DNA from: an uncultured Pelagibacteraceae bacterium
GTDB taxonomy: Bacteria > Pseudomonadota > Alphaproteobacteria > Pelagibacterales > Pelagibacteraceae
Assembly (NCBI GenBank): GCA_902596185.1
Contig: CACJSX010000002.1
Location: 10,779 to 74,778 of the forward strand
Length of the DNA stretch: 64,000 nucleotides
Reading direction: 5' to 3'
Of the stretch, positions 19,101-29,268 are shown piece by piece. Made by a program: the position numbers and the translations under genes. How positions within the stretch are numbered: position 1 is the stretch's first letter; each line of letters begins with the position of its first letter. The notes under the pieces are model-generated. The model saw only the letters and a program-made list of their open reading frames with translations, had not been told where the DNA came from and searched no databases.

Positions 19101-19694
19101 ATGGAATTATTATTTTTTATTATCGCAAGTTTTTTAGTGGTTATTGTTCCAGGACCAACTGTAAGTTTAATAATTGCAAATTCTCTAAAGTTTGGAGTTA
19201 AAGCAGGTCTATTAAATATATTGGGAACACAGATCGGTGTTTTAATTTTAATTTTGTTACTAGCTCTTGGGTTTGAATTTATCTCTCCATTTGTAGACCA
19301 GATAATAAAAACTGTAAGAATACTTGGTGCAATTTATTTAATAATTCTTGGAATAATTACATTTAATTCCAAAATAAATTTAAATAACAATCAATCTGAA
19401 AAATATAATAAAAGATTTATTCTCCAAGGATTGATAGTAATACTAACAAATCCTAAAATTTTTTTGTTTCTAGGATCATTTCTTCCTCAATTTATCAGTT
19501 TAGAGCATTCAATAAGCTTTCAAATAATATATTTAGGTTTATTGTTTGTTCTTGTAGCTACAATTTTCGATAGCTGTTATGCTCTAATTTTTGGAAAATT
19601 TAGAAATCTAATTGCACAAAAATACTTGAAAATTTTAAATTTAATAGGTAGTGCAATATTAGTTTTAGTAGGGGTTTGGTTGTTTGCTAATTAA
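19101..19694 (+). CDS. LysE/RhtB family amino acid exporter
   Basis: PGP motif, GAIYL, TNPK, LPQF; hydrophobic. Confidence 0.88.
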   Translation: MELLFFIIASFLVVIVPGPTVSLIIANSLKFGVKAGLLNILGTQIGVLILILLLALGFEFISPFVDQIIKTVRILGAIYLIILGIITFNSKINLNNNQSEKYNKRFILQGLIVILTNPKIFLFLGSFLPQFISLEHSISFQIIYLGLLFVLVATIFDSCYALIFGKFRNLIAQKYLKILNLIGSAILVLVGVWLFAN

Positions 19695-19695
19695 T

Positions 19696-20085
19696 TTAAT
19701 AACTAGTGTACTCTTTTATCTCTCTAATAGTTGACCCAGTGTGATTATTCATTTCTAATTTAATTTTTGCTCGGTCATCATTTAAAAAATGAACATCTCT
19801 AGATAATTTTATAAATTTATCACCAAAGTCCTTATTTTTTTCACAATCTCTTTTATCGTCCTCTATTAACCAAAGCTTGGCGTTAATTTCTTTTAAATCT
19901 TGGAATAGTTTATTTAGTTTATCGTCTGATTTAACATTTTTTTCAAACTGATCTTTAAGAATCGAATGTTCATTGGTTATAAATTTTAGTTTTTCAGGAT
20001 CTTTAATTTTTTCTTTTTTAATTTCTAAGATTGAAATTTTGTCTAAAAGCTCGCCTACAGACACTTCTACTATAATTTTATTCAT
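19696..20085 (-). CDS. conserved hypothetical protein (DUF6165-like)
   Basis: VSVGELLDKISILEIK, INAKLWLIED, NDDRAKIK, EIKEY. Confidence 0.75.
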   Translation of the reverse strand: MNKIIVEVSVGELLDKISILEIKKEKIKDPEKLKFITNEHSILKDQFEKNVKSDDKLNKLFQDLKEINAKLWLIEDDKRDCEKNKDFGDKFIKLSRDVHFLNDDRAKIKLEMNNHTGSTIREIKEYTSY

Positions 20086-20117
20086 TAAATTTTATACTAT
20101 GTTAAATTGTTAAAAAT

Positions 20118-21059
20118 ATGTCTAATATTTTAATCATTAAACATGGATCTTTAGGTGATATAGCTCAAGCTTGTGGTGCAATTCAAGATATTTCTGAGAA
20201 TCATAAGGAAGATGAAATTCATTTACTCACAACTAAACCCTACTATGATTTATTTAAAAAAAATCCCCATATTTCTAATATTATTTTGGATAAACGATTA
20301 TCAAGACTAAATCTGATTTATTTATATTCATTAATGAAAAGTATAAAAAAATATAATTTTACTAAAGTTTATGATCTTCAAAACTCAAGTAGAACAGCTT
20401 TTTATAAAAAAATTTTATTTCCAAAAGCAACAAAAGATACTTGGTCATCTACTGATACAACATTACCTGAAGGAACCGCAAAACAAGATTTTGATAAAGA
20501 CTCTGTTTTGTCTAGATTTGATTATCAATTAAAAACTTCAAGCATCAATACAAATCATACTTTGAAACCTGATTTTTCATGGAGCACAACAGACATATCT
20601 CAAATAAAAAATTACCATCAATTGGATAAATATATTCTTCTTTTTCCTTTTTGTTCGCCTCATTTAACTTCAAAGAAATGGCCTTATTATAATGAGTTAA
20701 TTTCTATGATTAATGAAAAGTCAGAAAATAAATTTAAAGTAGTAATTGCACCTGGACCAGATGAAATTAAAGATGCAACAAATATTAACGCACTTTGCGT
20801 TTTAGACAATGGCAAAGCCTTAGATATTTCTCAGTTAGCAACATTAATTAAAGATAGTTCATTTGTTGTTGCTAATGATACTGGACCAGCGCATATGACA
20901 GCACATTTAGGTTCAAAAGGAATCGCTTTATTTGGATCTCATACATCTCCTTTTAAAGTAAGTATTGAAAGAGAAAATTTTAAAGCAATACAAGCCCCCG
21001 AACTATCTAAACTTTCAGCAGAAAAAGTTTTTGAAAGACTTTCTGAAATTATTTCTTAA
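20118..21059 (+). CDS. GT9 family (heptosyltransferase-like) glycosyltransferase
   Basis: ILIIKHGSLGD, YDLQ, KKWP, ANDTGPAH. Confidence 0.9.
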   Translation: MSNILIIKHGSLGDIAQACGAIQDISENHKEDEIHLLTTKPYYDLFKKNPHISNIILDKRLSRLNLIYLYSLMKSIKKYNFTKVYDLQNSSRTAFYKKILFPKATKDTWSSTDTTLPEGTAKQDFDKDSVLSRFDYQLKTSSINTNHTLKPDFSWSTTDISQIKNYHQLDKYILLFPFCSPHLTSKKWPYYNELISMINEKSENKFKVVIAPGPDEIKDATNINALCVLDNGKALDISQLATLIKDSSFVVANDTGPAHMTAHLGSKGIALFGSHTSPFKVSIERENFKAIQAPELSKLSAEKVFERLSEIIS

Positions 21060-22125
21060 TTTTTTCAATTACTCTTAAAAATACAGGGACTGTGAAAAGT
21101 ATGAAAAGTAATCTTATTATATGGTGAAAAGCAACAAAGTCTGGGTCTAAATCAAAAGCAATTGCTATAACTGCTACCTCATAAATTCCACCGGGGCTAT
21201 AAGATAATATTAAAGTTAAAATATTTGTCTCAACAAAAAATGTTGCAACATAAGCCGCAACCAAACCTAACACTACCAAAATAGAAGTAGCTACAATACT
21301 GTGAAGAGAATTATTAGCTATCTCTTTAACAGTTTTTTCAGCAAACCTACAACCAACTGAGGAGCCAAGAATTAGCAGGCAAAAATTTACTGTTTCATCT
21401 GGCAATTTATAAGAAGCTATATCAGTAATTTGCAACAAACCACTCGCAAATAATGTTCCAGATAGTAAAGCTGCAGGAATTCTAATTTTATCAAAAACAA
21501 AAATAAAAAACAAAGATGCAATAATAAGTAGAATTAAATTTAAATGATTTTGAGCAAAATAATTGAAGTCGTCATTTAATAAAACATTGTTGTCAGTATT
21601 ATTAACTATAATAAATGGGATGACAGTTATTATGATTATTAATCTAATTAAGTGAGAAGTTGCAACTTGAGATAAATCAGTTTTTTCATTTTCTGCTAAA
21701 ATCATTAAAGGACCCAGTGCACCAGGTGCTGCTGAAAATATTGAAGCTTTTTCTCCATAACTTGCAAATTTTTGGAGGTATTTAGCGACAACTAAAATAC
21801 AAATTATTATGTAGATTAACATAATTAATGAAGTCCAAATCCAATCAAGCATTTGATTAAATAGATTTTGGTCTATGTAATTTCCAATATGCAGACCTAA
21901 AATTATTAAGATAAAACTTAATACAATATTAGGCATAATGATTTTTAGACCTGATAAAGCGGCAATTGAAGTTACAATCATAGGTCCTAAAAACCAAGCT
22001 AGTGGAATATTAAAATATTGAGCAATGATTGCGCTAGGAAAAGAAATTATTAGAACAGAAATAAATTTAAATGAAAATACTTGTTTTGCATTTTCAAGAT
22101 AAGATTTGATTTGATGATTAATCAT
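21049..22125 (-). CDS. AbrB family membrane protein (tct-associated)
   Basis: Two internal repeats PLAWFLGP/PAALLSG and APGAL/SPGG, HLIR/HIIR; polytopic. Confidence 0.8.
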   Translation of the reverse strand: MINHQIKSYLENAKQVFSFKFISVLIISFPSAIIAQYFNIPLAWFLGPMIVTSIAALSGLKIIMPNIVLSFILIILGLHIGNYIDQNLFNQMLDWIWTSLIMLIYIIICILVVAKYLQKFASYGEKASIFSAAPGALGPLMILAENEKTDLSQVATSHLIRLIIIITVIPFIIVNNTDNNVLLNDDFNYFAQNHLNLILLIIASLFFIFVFDKIRIPAALLSGTLFASGLLQITDIASYKLPDETVNFCLLILGSSVGCRFAEKTVKEIANNSLHSIVATSILVVLGLVAAYVATFFVETNILTLILSYSPGGIYEVAVIAIAFDLDPDFVAFHHIIRLLFILFTVPVFLRVIEKIKK

Positions 22126-22341
22126 TTATTAAGCTTCTATCATCAACTATGTAAAAGATAAGAAAAAATGTATTAGTCAATAAAGTGAAAATTTAATTTT
22201 TAAAATTAATAAAATTCCAAGTTTTGTTAATATTTTTTTTGAGAAAATAGTTTCAATTAAAAGTTGTGTTACTTAATTAGAGGTTGAATAAAGATTAAGA
22301 CTATAATTAACTTACTTTTTTAAATTAGAGAGGGATAAATA

Positions 22342-23322
22342 ATGAAAAACTTAAAAAAAATAGTTTCAGTATTATTTTCAGCAATCCTATTATTCTCAGC
22401 AACAACTACAAGCTCAGTAGCAATTGATAAATTGCACTTTGTAATCGGTGGTGGTGCTGGTGGTGGTTGGGATGGAACCGCTAGAGGTACTGGAGAAGCT
22501 TTAACAAAAGCTGGAATGTTAAGCAGTGCATCATTTGAAAATATGTCAGGTGGTGGTGGTGGTAAAGCTTTAGCTTACATGATCAATACTAAACCTGCTA
22601 ATACAGTTTTAGTTCAATCAACACCATTAGTATTAAGATCAATTACTAGACACAAAGGTTATGTAAAAGGAAGTGGTACTTTATCTTATAAAGATGTTGT
22701 GCCGATCGCCGGTGTAATTGGTGACTATGGCGCTATTGCAGTTGCAAAAAGTTCATCTTTTAAAAATTTTAAAGATGTAGTTGATGCATATAAAAAAGAT
22801 CCAAATTCAGTTAAAATGGCTGGAGGTTCAGTAAGAGGAAGTATGGACCATTTGATTGGTGCTTTAGCTTTCCAAGCTGCGGGCGCAGATCCAAATGCTG
22901 TTGCATACATTCCTTATGATGCTGGTGGAAAAGCTTTAGCTGGACTTTTATCTGGAGAAACTCAAATCATTTCAACTGGTTTAGGTGAATTGATGGGCGC
23001 AAGAGACCAAGTAAGAATTATTGGTATCACTGCTCCTTCAAGAGTTTCTGATGCACCAGATGCACCAACTCTTAAAGAACAAGGATACGATGTACAATTC
23101 GTTAACTGGAGAGGTTTCTTTGGCCCTCCAGGTATGAGCAATGCTGATAGATCAGCTATAGCAAAAATGCTTGGCGATGTACAAAAAACTCCAGAATGGG
23201 AAACTGTCAGAGCAAGAAATGCTTGGGTTAATATTTATAATCCAGAAGGCAAGTTTGTTTCTTTCTTAGAAAAACAAACTCAAGAAATGACAGCTCTTAT
23301 GAAAAAACTAGGAGTAATTTAA
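22342..23322 (+). CDS. tctC: tripartite tricarboxylate transporter substrate-binding protein
   Basis: Signal peptide, GGGWDGTAR, ENMSGGGG, PTLKEQG, NWRGFFGPPG; RBS GAGAGGGA. Confidence 0.92.
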   Translation: MKNLKKIVSVLFSAILLFSATTTSSVAIDKLHFVIGGGAGGGWDGTARGTGEALTKAGMLSSASFENMSGGGGGKALAYMINTKPANTVLVQSTPLVLRSITRHKGYVKGSGTLSYKDVVPIAGVIGDYGAIAVAKSSSFKNFKDVVDAYKKDPNSVKMAGGSVRGSMDHLIGALAFQAAGADPNAVAYIPYDAGGKALAGLLSGETQIISTGLGELMGARDQVRIIGITAPSRVSDAPDAPTLKEQGYDVQFVNWRGFFGPPGMSNADRSAIAKMLGDVQKTPEWETVRARNAWVNIYNPEGKFVSFLEKQTQEMTALMKKLGVI

Positions 23323-23349
23323 TCCTTAAGATTATTTGAAATTAGAGCA

Positions 23350-23820
23350 GTGAATATAAATACTACAAAAATTATATCACTGCTCTTTTTTATTTTTTCA
23401 GCATTTTATTTATATACTGCGTACCAAATTCAAGTTTTTACATTTGATGAAAATGCACCATTTAATGCACGAACATTTCCGATTTATTTAGGTTATGCAG
23501 GATTATTTTTCTCTGGATTAAAACTTATTTTACCAGACCCAACTACTATTAAGGTTGATCATAAAAATTTAGAATATAAAAAAACAGGTATTCTTATACT
23601 CATTGCAATTATTTACGGAGCTACAATTTTAAAAGTTGGTTATTTTTTGACCACTTCTTTATTTTTATTTGCTTCATATTATTTTTTAGGAGAACGAAGG
23701 TGGATTTTAATGTTTTTATTATCCTTTCCATTTGTTGCTGCTTTTATGTATCTCCTACACGGTATTCTTGATATATATTTAAGGGATCCATTCTTACAAT
23801 CAATAGGAGTTATGGGATGA
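23350..23820 (+). CDS. tctB: tripartite tricarboxylate transporter small membrane subunit
   Basis: Four to five hydrophobic segments, ARTFP motif, position between tctC and tctA. Confidence 0.85.
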   Translation: MNINTTKIISLLFFIFSAFYLYTAYQIQVFTFDENAPFNARTFPIYLGYAGLFFSGLKLILPDPTTIKVDHKNLEYKKTGILILIAIIYGATILKVGYFLTTSLFLFASYYFLGERRWILMFLLSFPFVAAFMYLLHGILDIYLRDPFLQSIGVMG

Positions 23821-25316
23821 TTGAAGGAATATTAATTGGATTAACAACAGCACTTACATTTCAAAACATATTAATGGTTATGGTTGGTTGTTTTTTTGGA
23901 ACAATCATTGGAATGCTTCCTGGTCTTGGTCCAATGACAGCAATAGCATTAATGATACCAATCACTTATGGTTTTGATCCTGCAACAGGATTGATTTTGA
24001 TGGCTGGGGTTTATTATGGAGCTGTATTTGGTGGATCTACTTCTTCTATATTATTAAATGCACCAGGTGTTCCAGGAACTGTAGCAACTTCTTTTGATGG
24101 TTATCCTATGGCACAGCAAGGTAGAGCCGGTAAAGCTTTAGCGATAGCTGCATGGAGTTCATTTGCTGGTGGAACATTATCTGCAATTTACTTATTATTC
24201 ATGGCACCAAGCTTGTCAAAAGTAAGTTTATCTTTTAGATCACCTGATTATTTTGCTTTAATGATATTAGGTTTAACAGCAATTGCCGCTTTTTCATCAA
24301 AAGGACAATTTTTAAAAGCAATGATGATGGTAGTACTTGGTTTGATGTTAGCTTCTGTTGGTCAAGATAGCTTATCTGATATTACAAGATTTACATTTGA
24401 TAATATGAACCTAACTGATGGAATTAGCTTTGTGCTTGTTGTTATGGCAACATTTGCAATGAGTGAAGCTTTAACAATCATATTGAAAAGAAACGATCCA
24501 ACCAGTGCTGCTAAACAAGTTTCATTAACTGAGCTAGGTTCAATTAAAATTAATAAAGAGGAACGAACAAAAATGTACAAAACAATTCCAAGATCATCTG
24601 TAATTGGTTTTTTAATTGGTGTTTTACCAGGAGCAGGTGCAACTATTGCATCTTTCTTAGCTTACGGCATGGAGCGAAATGTTGTCAGTGATGAAGAAAA
24701 AGAAAAATTTGGTAAAGGAAGTGTAAATGGTTTATCAGCACCAGAAACTGCAAACAATGCAGCTTGTTCAGGTTCTTTTGTACCAATGCTTACTTTAGGA
24801 ATTCCCGGAAGTGGAACTACAGCTGTTATGTTAGGAGCTTTATTGGGTTTTGGAGTTCAGCCTGGTCCTAGACTTTATATGACCAACCCAGAAATTTTCT
24901 GGTCTATTATTATGTCTATGTATATAGGAATGGTAATCTTGCTGATATTAAACTTACCACTTATTCCATACATAGCTAGAATTCTTGCTGTTCCTAAAAA
25001 TTATTTAATTCCTTTAATTTTATTTTTCTCAGTTACTGGGATTTACGTAATGTCATTTAACAATTTTGATATTTATTTAATGATTGGGATAGCTGTAGTA
25101 GCAACCTTTTTAAGATTATATGATTTCCCAATGCCACCCTTGATATTAGCTTTTGTACTTGGTGGATTGATGGAAGAAAACTTGAGACGATCTTTATTAT
25201 TAAGTAATGGATCTTGGGAATTTTTATGGGACAGAACTTTAACTGCATGTATCCTAGCAACTACAATTTTAATTGTAGTTTGGCATATTTACAAAACATT
25301 TAAGAGAAAAAATTAA
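23817..25316 (+). CDS. tctA: tripartite tricarboxylate transporter large membrane subunit
   Basis: GMLPGLG, LLNAPG, DGYPMA, LPGAGA, PETANNA, LGIPGS. Confidence 0.95.
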   Translation: MIEGILIGLTTALTFQNILMVMVGCFFGTIIGMLPGLGPMTAIALMIPITYGFDPATGLILMAGVYYGAVFGGSTSSILLNAPGVPGTVATSFDGYPMAQQGRAGKALAIAAWSSFAGGTLSAIYLLFMAPSLSKVSLSFRSPDYFALMILGLTAIAAFSSKGQFLKAMMMVVLGLMLASVGQDSLSDITRFTFDNMNLTDGISFVLVVMATFAMSEALTIILKRNDPTSAAKQVSLTELGSIKINKEERTKMYKTIPRSSVIGFLIGVLPGAGATIASFLAYGMERNVVSDEEKEKFGKGSVNGLSAPETANNAACSGSFVPMLTLGIPGSGTTAVMLGALLGFGVQPGPRLYMTNPEIFWSIIMSMYIGMVILLILNLPLIPYIARILAVPKNYLIPLILFFSVTGIYVMSFNNFDIYLMIGIAVVATFLRLYDFPMPPLILAFVLGGLMEENLRRSLLLSNGSWEFLWDRTLTACILATTILIVVWHIYKTFKRKN

Positions 25317-26203
25317 GATTTAATATCTATACGTTTTCTAATGATTTCTTTATCAAGCTTCATTTCACGATATGACATGATTAAAACACCTAAAAATATA
25401 ACACTAGCACCAATCCAAGTGAAGAGATCAGGTGTTTCACTAAAAACATAATATCCAATTAAAGAAGCAAACACTAAACTTAGAAACGAGTATGGTTGTG
25501 TCATACTAACATCTACTAATTTGTATGCGTGATTTATGCAAAGATGTAACAATGTACCAAATAAACCTGCAAAAAATAAATAAATCAAAGTTTGAAAACT
25601 AGGTGTTTGCCAATAAAACAACGCAATAATGAAACTAAAAATTGTCATATACGTGTATCCATAAGATAAAATTGTAATCGAGCTATCATCTTTTGCGATA
25701 GTTTTTGTAATTATAATTACTATTGACCACATAAAAGACGATGCCAGTGCCATATAAACTCCAAGAGAGATTTCAATTATTCCTGGTCTTAAAATTATTA
25801 ACATTCCTATAAATCCTAAAACCAGTGCAAAACTCCTGTATATGTAAATTTTTTCTCCTAGAAATAAAACTGCCAATATCGTTACTATGAAAGGAACCAC
25901 AAAAGATATAGCTGTAGCTTTTTCAATTGGCATCATTACTAAAGCTGAGAAATATAACAGCATTGAAGGTAAATTTAAAACTGCTCTTAAAAAATGTTTT
26001 TTATGATGATTTGTTTTAAAAACTTCAAATTTAGATTTTAACATATAGGGAAAAATAATTAGGAAACCAAATAAAAATCTAAAAAATCCGGCGACATAAA
26101 CATTAACTTCTTCTTGTGCTAATTTTAAAAAAGTTAACATCAATGTTCCGCAAAAAACTGAGATTATAATTAAAAAAATTGCTAATTTATTATTTGAAAT
26201 CAA
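25313..26203 (-). CDS. DMT/EamA family transporter
   Basis: About 10 TM segments, FFRF, FLGEKI, ILRPG, FSETPD. Confidence 0.88.
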   Translation of the reverse strand: MISNNKLAIFLIIISVFCGTLMLTFLKLAQEEVNVYVAGFFRFLFGFLIIFPYMLKSKFEVFKTNHHKKHFLRAVLNLPSMLLYFSALVMMPIEKATAISFVVPFIVTILAVLFLGEKIYIYRSFALVLGFIGMLIILRPGIIEISLGVYMALASSFMWSIVIIITKTIAKDDSSITILSYGYTYMTIFSFIIALFYWQTPSFQTLIYLFFAGLFGTLLHLCINHAYKLVDVSMTQPYSFLSLVFASLIGYYVFSETPDLFTWIGASVIFLGVLIMSYREMKLDKEIIRKRIDIKS

Positions 26204-27282
26204 TTTAGTATTTTTTTGTATTCTTCAATTATTTTTGACCATTGAAATTTATTCACAAATTCTTTTGCATTTTTCCCAAGCTCTAAATATTTTTTATTTT
26301 CCAACATTGAATAAATTGAAGAATAAATATCATCGAGACTATTTCCATCACATATTAAACCAGTTTTTCCATGATCAATTGCATCTGCAGCTCCACCATC
26401 TTTACCACCTATGGATGGAACACTGTATTGTGCGGCTTCAACATACGCTATGCCGAATCCCTCAACTGATTTTTTATGAATTATGGATGGCATTACAAAG
26501 ATATTTGATTTTGAAACTAAAGCATTTTTTAAATCATTACTTATACCTTTAAAAAACATAACTTGTGCTTCAAGATTTAGTTCTTTCACCAGTTTCTTAA
26601 TATTTTCTTCTTCATCTCCATATCCAACACAAATGTAAACAATATCAGGATAAATTTGTTTTAAATTCCTTAAAGCCATTACTATTTTTTCATGATTTTT
26701 ACGTTTATCAAATCTTGAAACTGTAATTAGTCTTGGATTTTTAACTTTAAGTATACTTTCAACTTTATCTAAAGTTTTTTTATTTAATTCTTCAGCAGGA
26801 TCCACACCTGGATTTATTACAATTACTTTATTTGAATTAATACCAAGTTCTATTGCTAGATTTTTTGTAAACTGAGAATTTGCTATAACTTTTTCAACAT
26901 TATTTAAAACACTAATCACTCTTTTATTTTGACCAGAACCTTTTGGGTGGTTGATTTCTTTACTATGAATTAAACAATATTTTTTCTTAGAAGTTTTAAT
27001 AAGTTCTAAACTTTTCCAATGATCAGCAATAATTCCATCTATTTTATTTTCTTTGATATATTCATTAATTAATTGTGCTTTTCTATATTTTCTAAGTAGT
27101 TTAATTCCACCAACTCTTTCGATAGAAAAAGAGGCTTGTTCATCAAAATCTTTGTGACCTTCTATATGATCTGCAAAAACTTTTATCATGAAGTTTTTAG
27201 ATAGTTCTCTTGAAAGACCCCAAATTAGACTTTGGATGCCACCAAGCTCAGGTGGGAATGATCTAGTTACAATAAGATACAT
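26200..27282 (-). CDS. GT4 family glycosyltransferase
   Basis: FPPELGGIQ, ANSQFT, VSRFDKRK, EGFGIAYVEA. Confidence 0.92.
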   Translation of the reverse strand: MYLIVTRSFPPELGGIQSLIWGLSRELSKNFMIKVFADHIEGHKDFDEQASFSIERVGGIKLLRKYRKAQLINEYIKENKIDGIIADHWKSLELIKTSKKKYCLIHSKEINHPKGSGQNKRVISVLNNVEKVIANSQFTKNLAIELGINSNKVIVINPGVDPAEELNKKTLDKVESILKVKNPRLITVSRFDKRKNHEKIVMALRNLKQIYPDIVYICVGYGDEEENIKKLVKELNLEAQVMFFKGISNDLKNALVSKSNIFVMPSIIHKKSVEGFGIAYVEAAQYSVPSIGGKDGGAADAIDHGKTGLICDGNSLDDIYSSIYSMLENKKYLELGKNAKEFVNKFQWSKIIEEYKKILN

Positions 27283-27836
27283 TAATCATACTTCCATTTA
27301 ATACCACAGCCCGCACTTGGAATTTGATCTTTAGGACCTTTTCCGGTTTCAGCTATTTGTCTCATAGCATTTAGCAAATCACTTTCTCCGTCTTTAACTG
27401 GAATAAACTTTTTAAGTTCTCTTAATCGTCCTCTGTATTGAAGTTCTAAATTTTTATTATACCCAAAGAAATCTGGAGTACATACGGCATCATATGCTTT
27501 AGCAATTTCTTGAGTTTCATCATGTAAGTAAGGAAAATTGAAATTATTTTCATTTGAAAACTTAATCATGTTATCAAACGAGTCATCTGGATAATTAACA
27601 AAGTCATTTGAGCAGATAGCAACTGAGTTGATACCAATTTTGTTTAATTCACTACAATCTTCAACTAATTCTTTTGTAATAGCTTTTACATATGGACAAT
27701 GATTACAAATGAACATTATTAAAGTTCCATTTTCGCCTTTGATATCATTTAAGGATAGAATTTTATTATCAGTAGATTTTAATTCAAATGAAATAGCTTT
27801 TTGACCAAAATCACATATTGGAGTTTGTATGGGCAT
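27282..27836 (-). CDS. thioredoxin-like AhpC/TSA family protein
   Basis: FICNHCPYV, AVCTPDFF, YRGRL, SAGCGIKW. Confidence 0.9.
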   Translation of the reverse strand: MPIQTPICDFGQKAISFELKSTDNKILSLNDIKGENGTLIMFICNHCPYVKAITKELVEDCSELNKIGINSVAICSNDFVNYPDDSFDNMIKFSNENNFNFPYLHDETQEIAKAYDAVCTPDFFGYNKNLELQYRGRLRELKKFIPVKDGESDLLNAMRQIAETGKGPKDQIPSAGCGIKWKYD

Positions 27837-27855
27837 AATGTAAAATATATAGATT

Positions 27856-28368
27856 ATGTTTTATGATTTAAAAGATAAAAAACCAAAAAACTCTGGCGAA
27901 AATTGGGTAGCTCCTAATGCCACAATAATAGGGGATGTGAATTTAGAAAAAAACACTAGTATTTGGTTTAATGCAGTTCTAAGAGGAGATATTGAAAATA
28001 TTCATATTGGCGAAGGATCTAATGTACAAGATGGAAGTGTATTACATACAGATCCCGGATGTCCTTTAAAAGTTGGAAAAAATGTTACTATTGGTCATTT
28101 AGTTATGCTTCATGGGTGCACTATAGGAGATAACAGTTTAATTGGAATTGGTGCTGTCATTCTAAATAAAGCTAATATTGGAAAAAATTGTATTATTGGT
28201 GCTAAAGCTTTAATCACTGAAAATAAAGTAATTCCAGACAATTCTTTAGTCGTTGGCTCTCCAGGAAAAGTTATTAGAGAAGTTACTGAGGAAGAAAAAA
28301 AAGCAGTATTTGAAAATACAAAACATTATCAAGATAATTGGAAAAAATATTCAAAATCAATTTTTTAA
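27856..28368 (+). CDS. gamma carbonic anhydrase-like (YrdA/CaiE family) protein
   Basis: IIGDV, VLRGD, NVQDGSVLH, TIGHLVMLHGC hexapeptide repeats. Confidence 0.92.
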   Translation: MFYDLKDKKPKNSGENWVAPNATIIGDVNLEKNTSIWFNAVLRGDIENIHIGEGSNVQDGSVLHTDPGCPLKVGKNVTIGHLVMLHGCTIGDNSLIGIGAVILNKANIGKNCIIGAKALITENKVIPDNSLVVGSPGKVIREVTEEEKKAVFENTKHYQDNWKKYSKSIF

Positions 28369-28380
28369 AAGGAGGAAAAG

Positions 28381-28671
28381 ATGCCAGTAGGTTATGTGAT
28401 TGCGCAATTAAAAGTAACAAATCCCGAAAAGTACAAAGAGTATGTTGAGAAGGTACCAGAAGTAATAAAAAAGTATGGTGGTGAGTATCTAGCTAGAGGA
28501 GGTGATCATCTAGTAGTTGAAGGAGAAGATAATTTTCCAAGAATAGTAATAATTAAATTTCCGTCATATGAAAAGGCGTTAGAATGGTATCATTCAGACG
28601 AATACAAACCAGTTAAAGAAATACGTTTAGCAAACGCTGTTGGTAGCAATATAATTCTGAAAGGAATTTAA
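28381..28671 (+). CDS. DUF1330 family protein
   Basis: YGGEYLARGG, VEG, KFPS..A..WYHS.EY; RBS AGGAGG. Confidence 0.9.
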   Translation: MPVGYVIAQLKVTNPEKYKEYVEKVPEVIKKYGGEYLARGGDHLVVEGEDNFPRIVIIKFPSYEKALEWYHSDEYKPVKEIRLANAVGSNIILKGI

Positions 28672-29267
28672 GGTACTAACCAAGTATCTTTTTTGTTTTC
28701 TAAATCAAACTTTGCTCTTCTGTGACCTTTAGCTGCTAAATATAGCCATTCCATAGATTTAATTTTACACTGAATTACTGTAAAATTTTTATAACCTTCT
28801 TCACTTTGCTCTTTAGTATAATCAAAATTATCTAATTCAGGTTTTAGACCAGAGGTTGGTAGATCTGACTCAGTTCCAGGTCCATTATCAACCAAATAAC
28901 ATTTTCTAGATATATGTTGTGTTTTAGACCAAGAATCCTCTGTAATATTGTTGTTGTGATTTACAATACATTCAACTTTCAATCTTACCTGTATCTTTTC
29001 ATCTTTGTCATAAAATAACAATGCTGCATTTTTATTAGCTTTTAATTTTTTAATTTTATCTGATCTTATATCACTGTGAAATTGTACAAGATTATTTATT
29101 TGGTCTGATTTTCTTAAGACAACAATTCTTCCATCAATATCATTTTGATTTCCACAGGCAAAAACTGGAATCCTAAATGGTGAACTTCTGTCCTTAACAG
29201 CATTATCTAGTAATGACCAAATTTTTTTTTTAATTTCTGAGAAATCCTCATAATATGAGGGTTGCAT
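28668..29267 (-). CDS. pyridoxamine 5'-phosphate oxidase-like FMN-binding protein
   Basis: RIVVLR, HSDIRSDK, FYD..KIQVR, C-terminal WLVP. Confidence 0.82.
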   Translation of the reverse strand: MQPSYYEDFSEIKKKIWSLLDNAVKDRSSPFRIPVFACGNQNDIDGRIVVLRKSDQINNLVQFHSDIRSDKIKKLKANKNAALLFYDKDEKIQVRLKVECIVNHNNNITEDSWSKTQHISRKCYLVDNGPGTESDLPTSGLKPELDNFDYTKEQSEEGYKNFTVIQCKIKSMEWLYLAAKGHRRAKFDLENKKDTWLVP

Positions 29268-29268
29268 A

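Noticed and set aside
21049-22125. AbrB-family protein as ammonia monooxygenase or transcription regulator
   Set aside because: Legacy family names; it is a polytopic membrane protein commonly found beside tctABC, with no AMO motifs
22126-22341. Riboswitch or ncRNA in the abrB-tctC gap
   Set aside because: Extremely AT-rich with no stable stems or known aptamer motif; consistent with divergent promoters only
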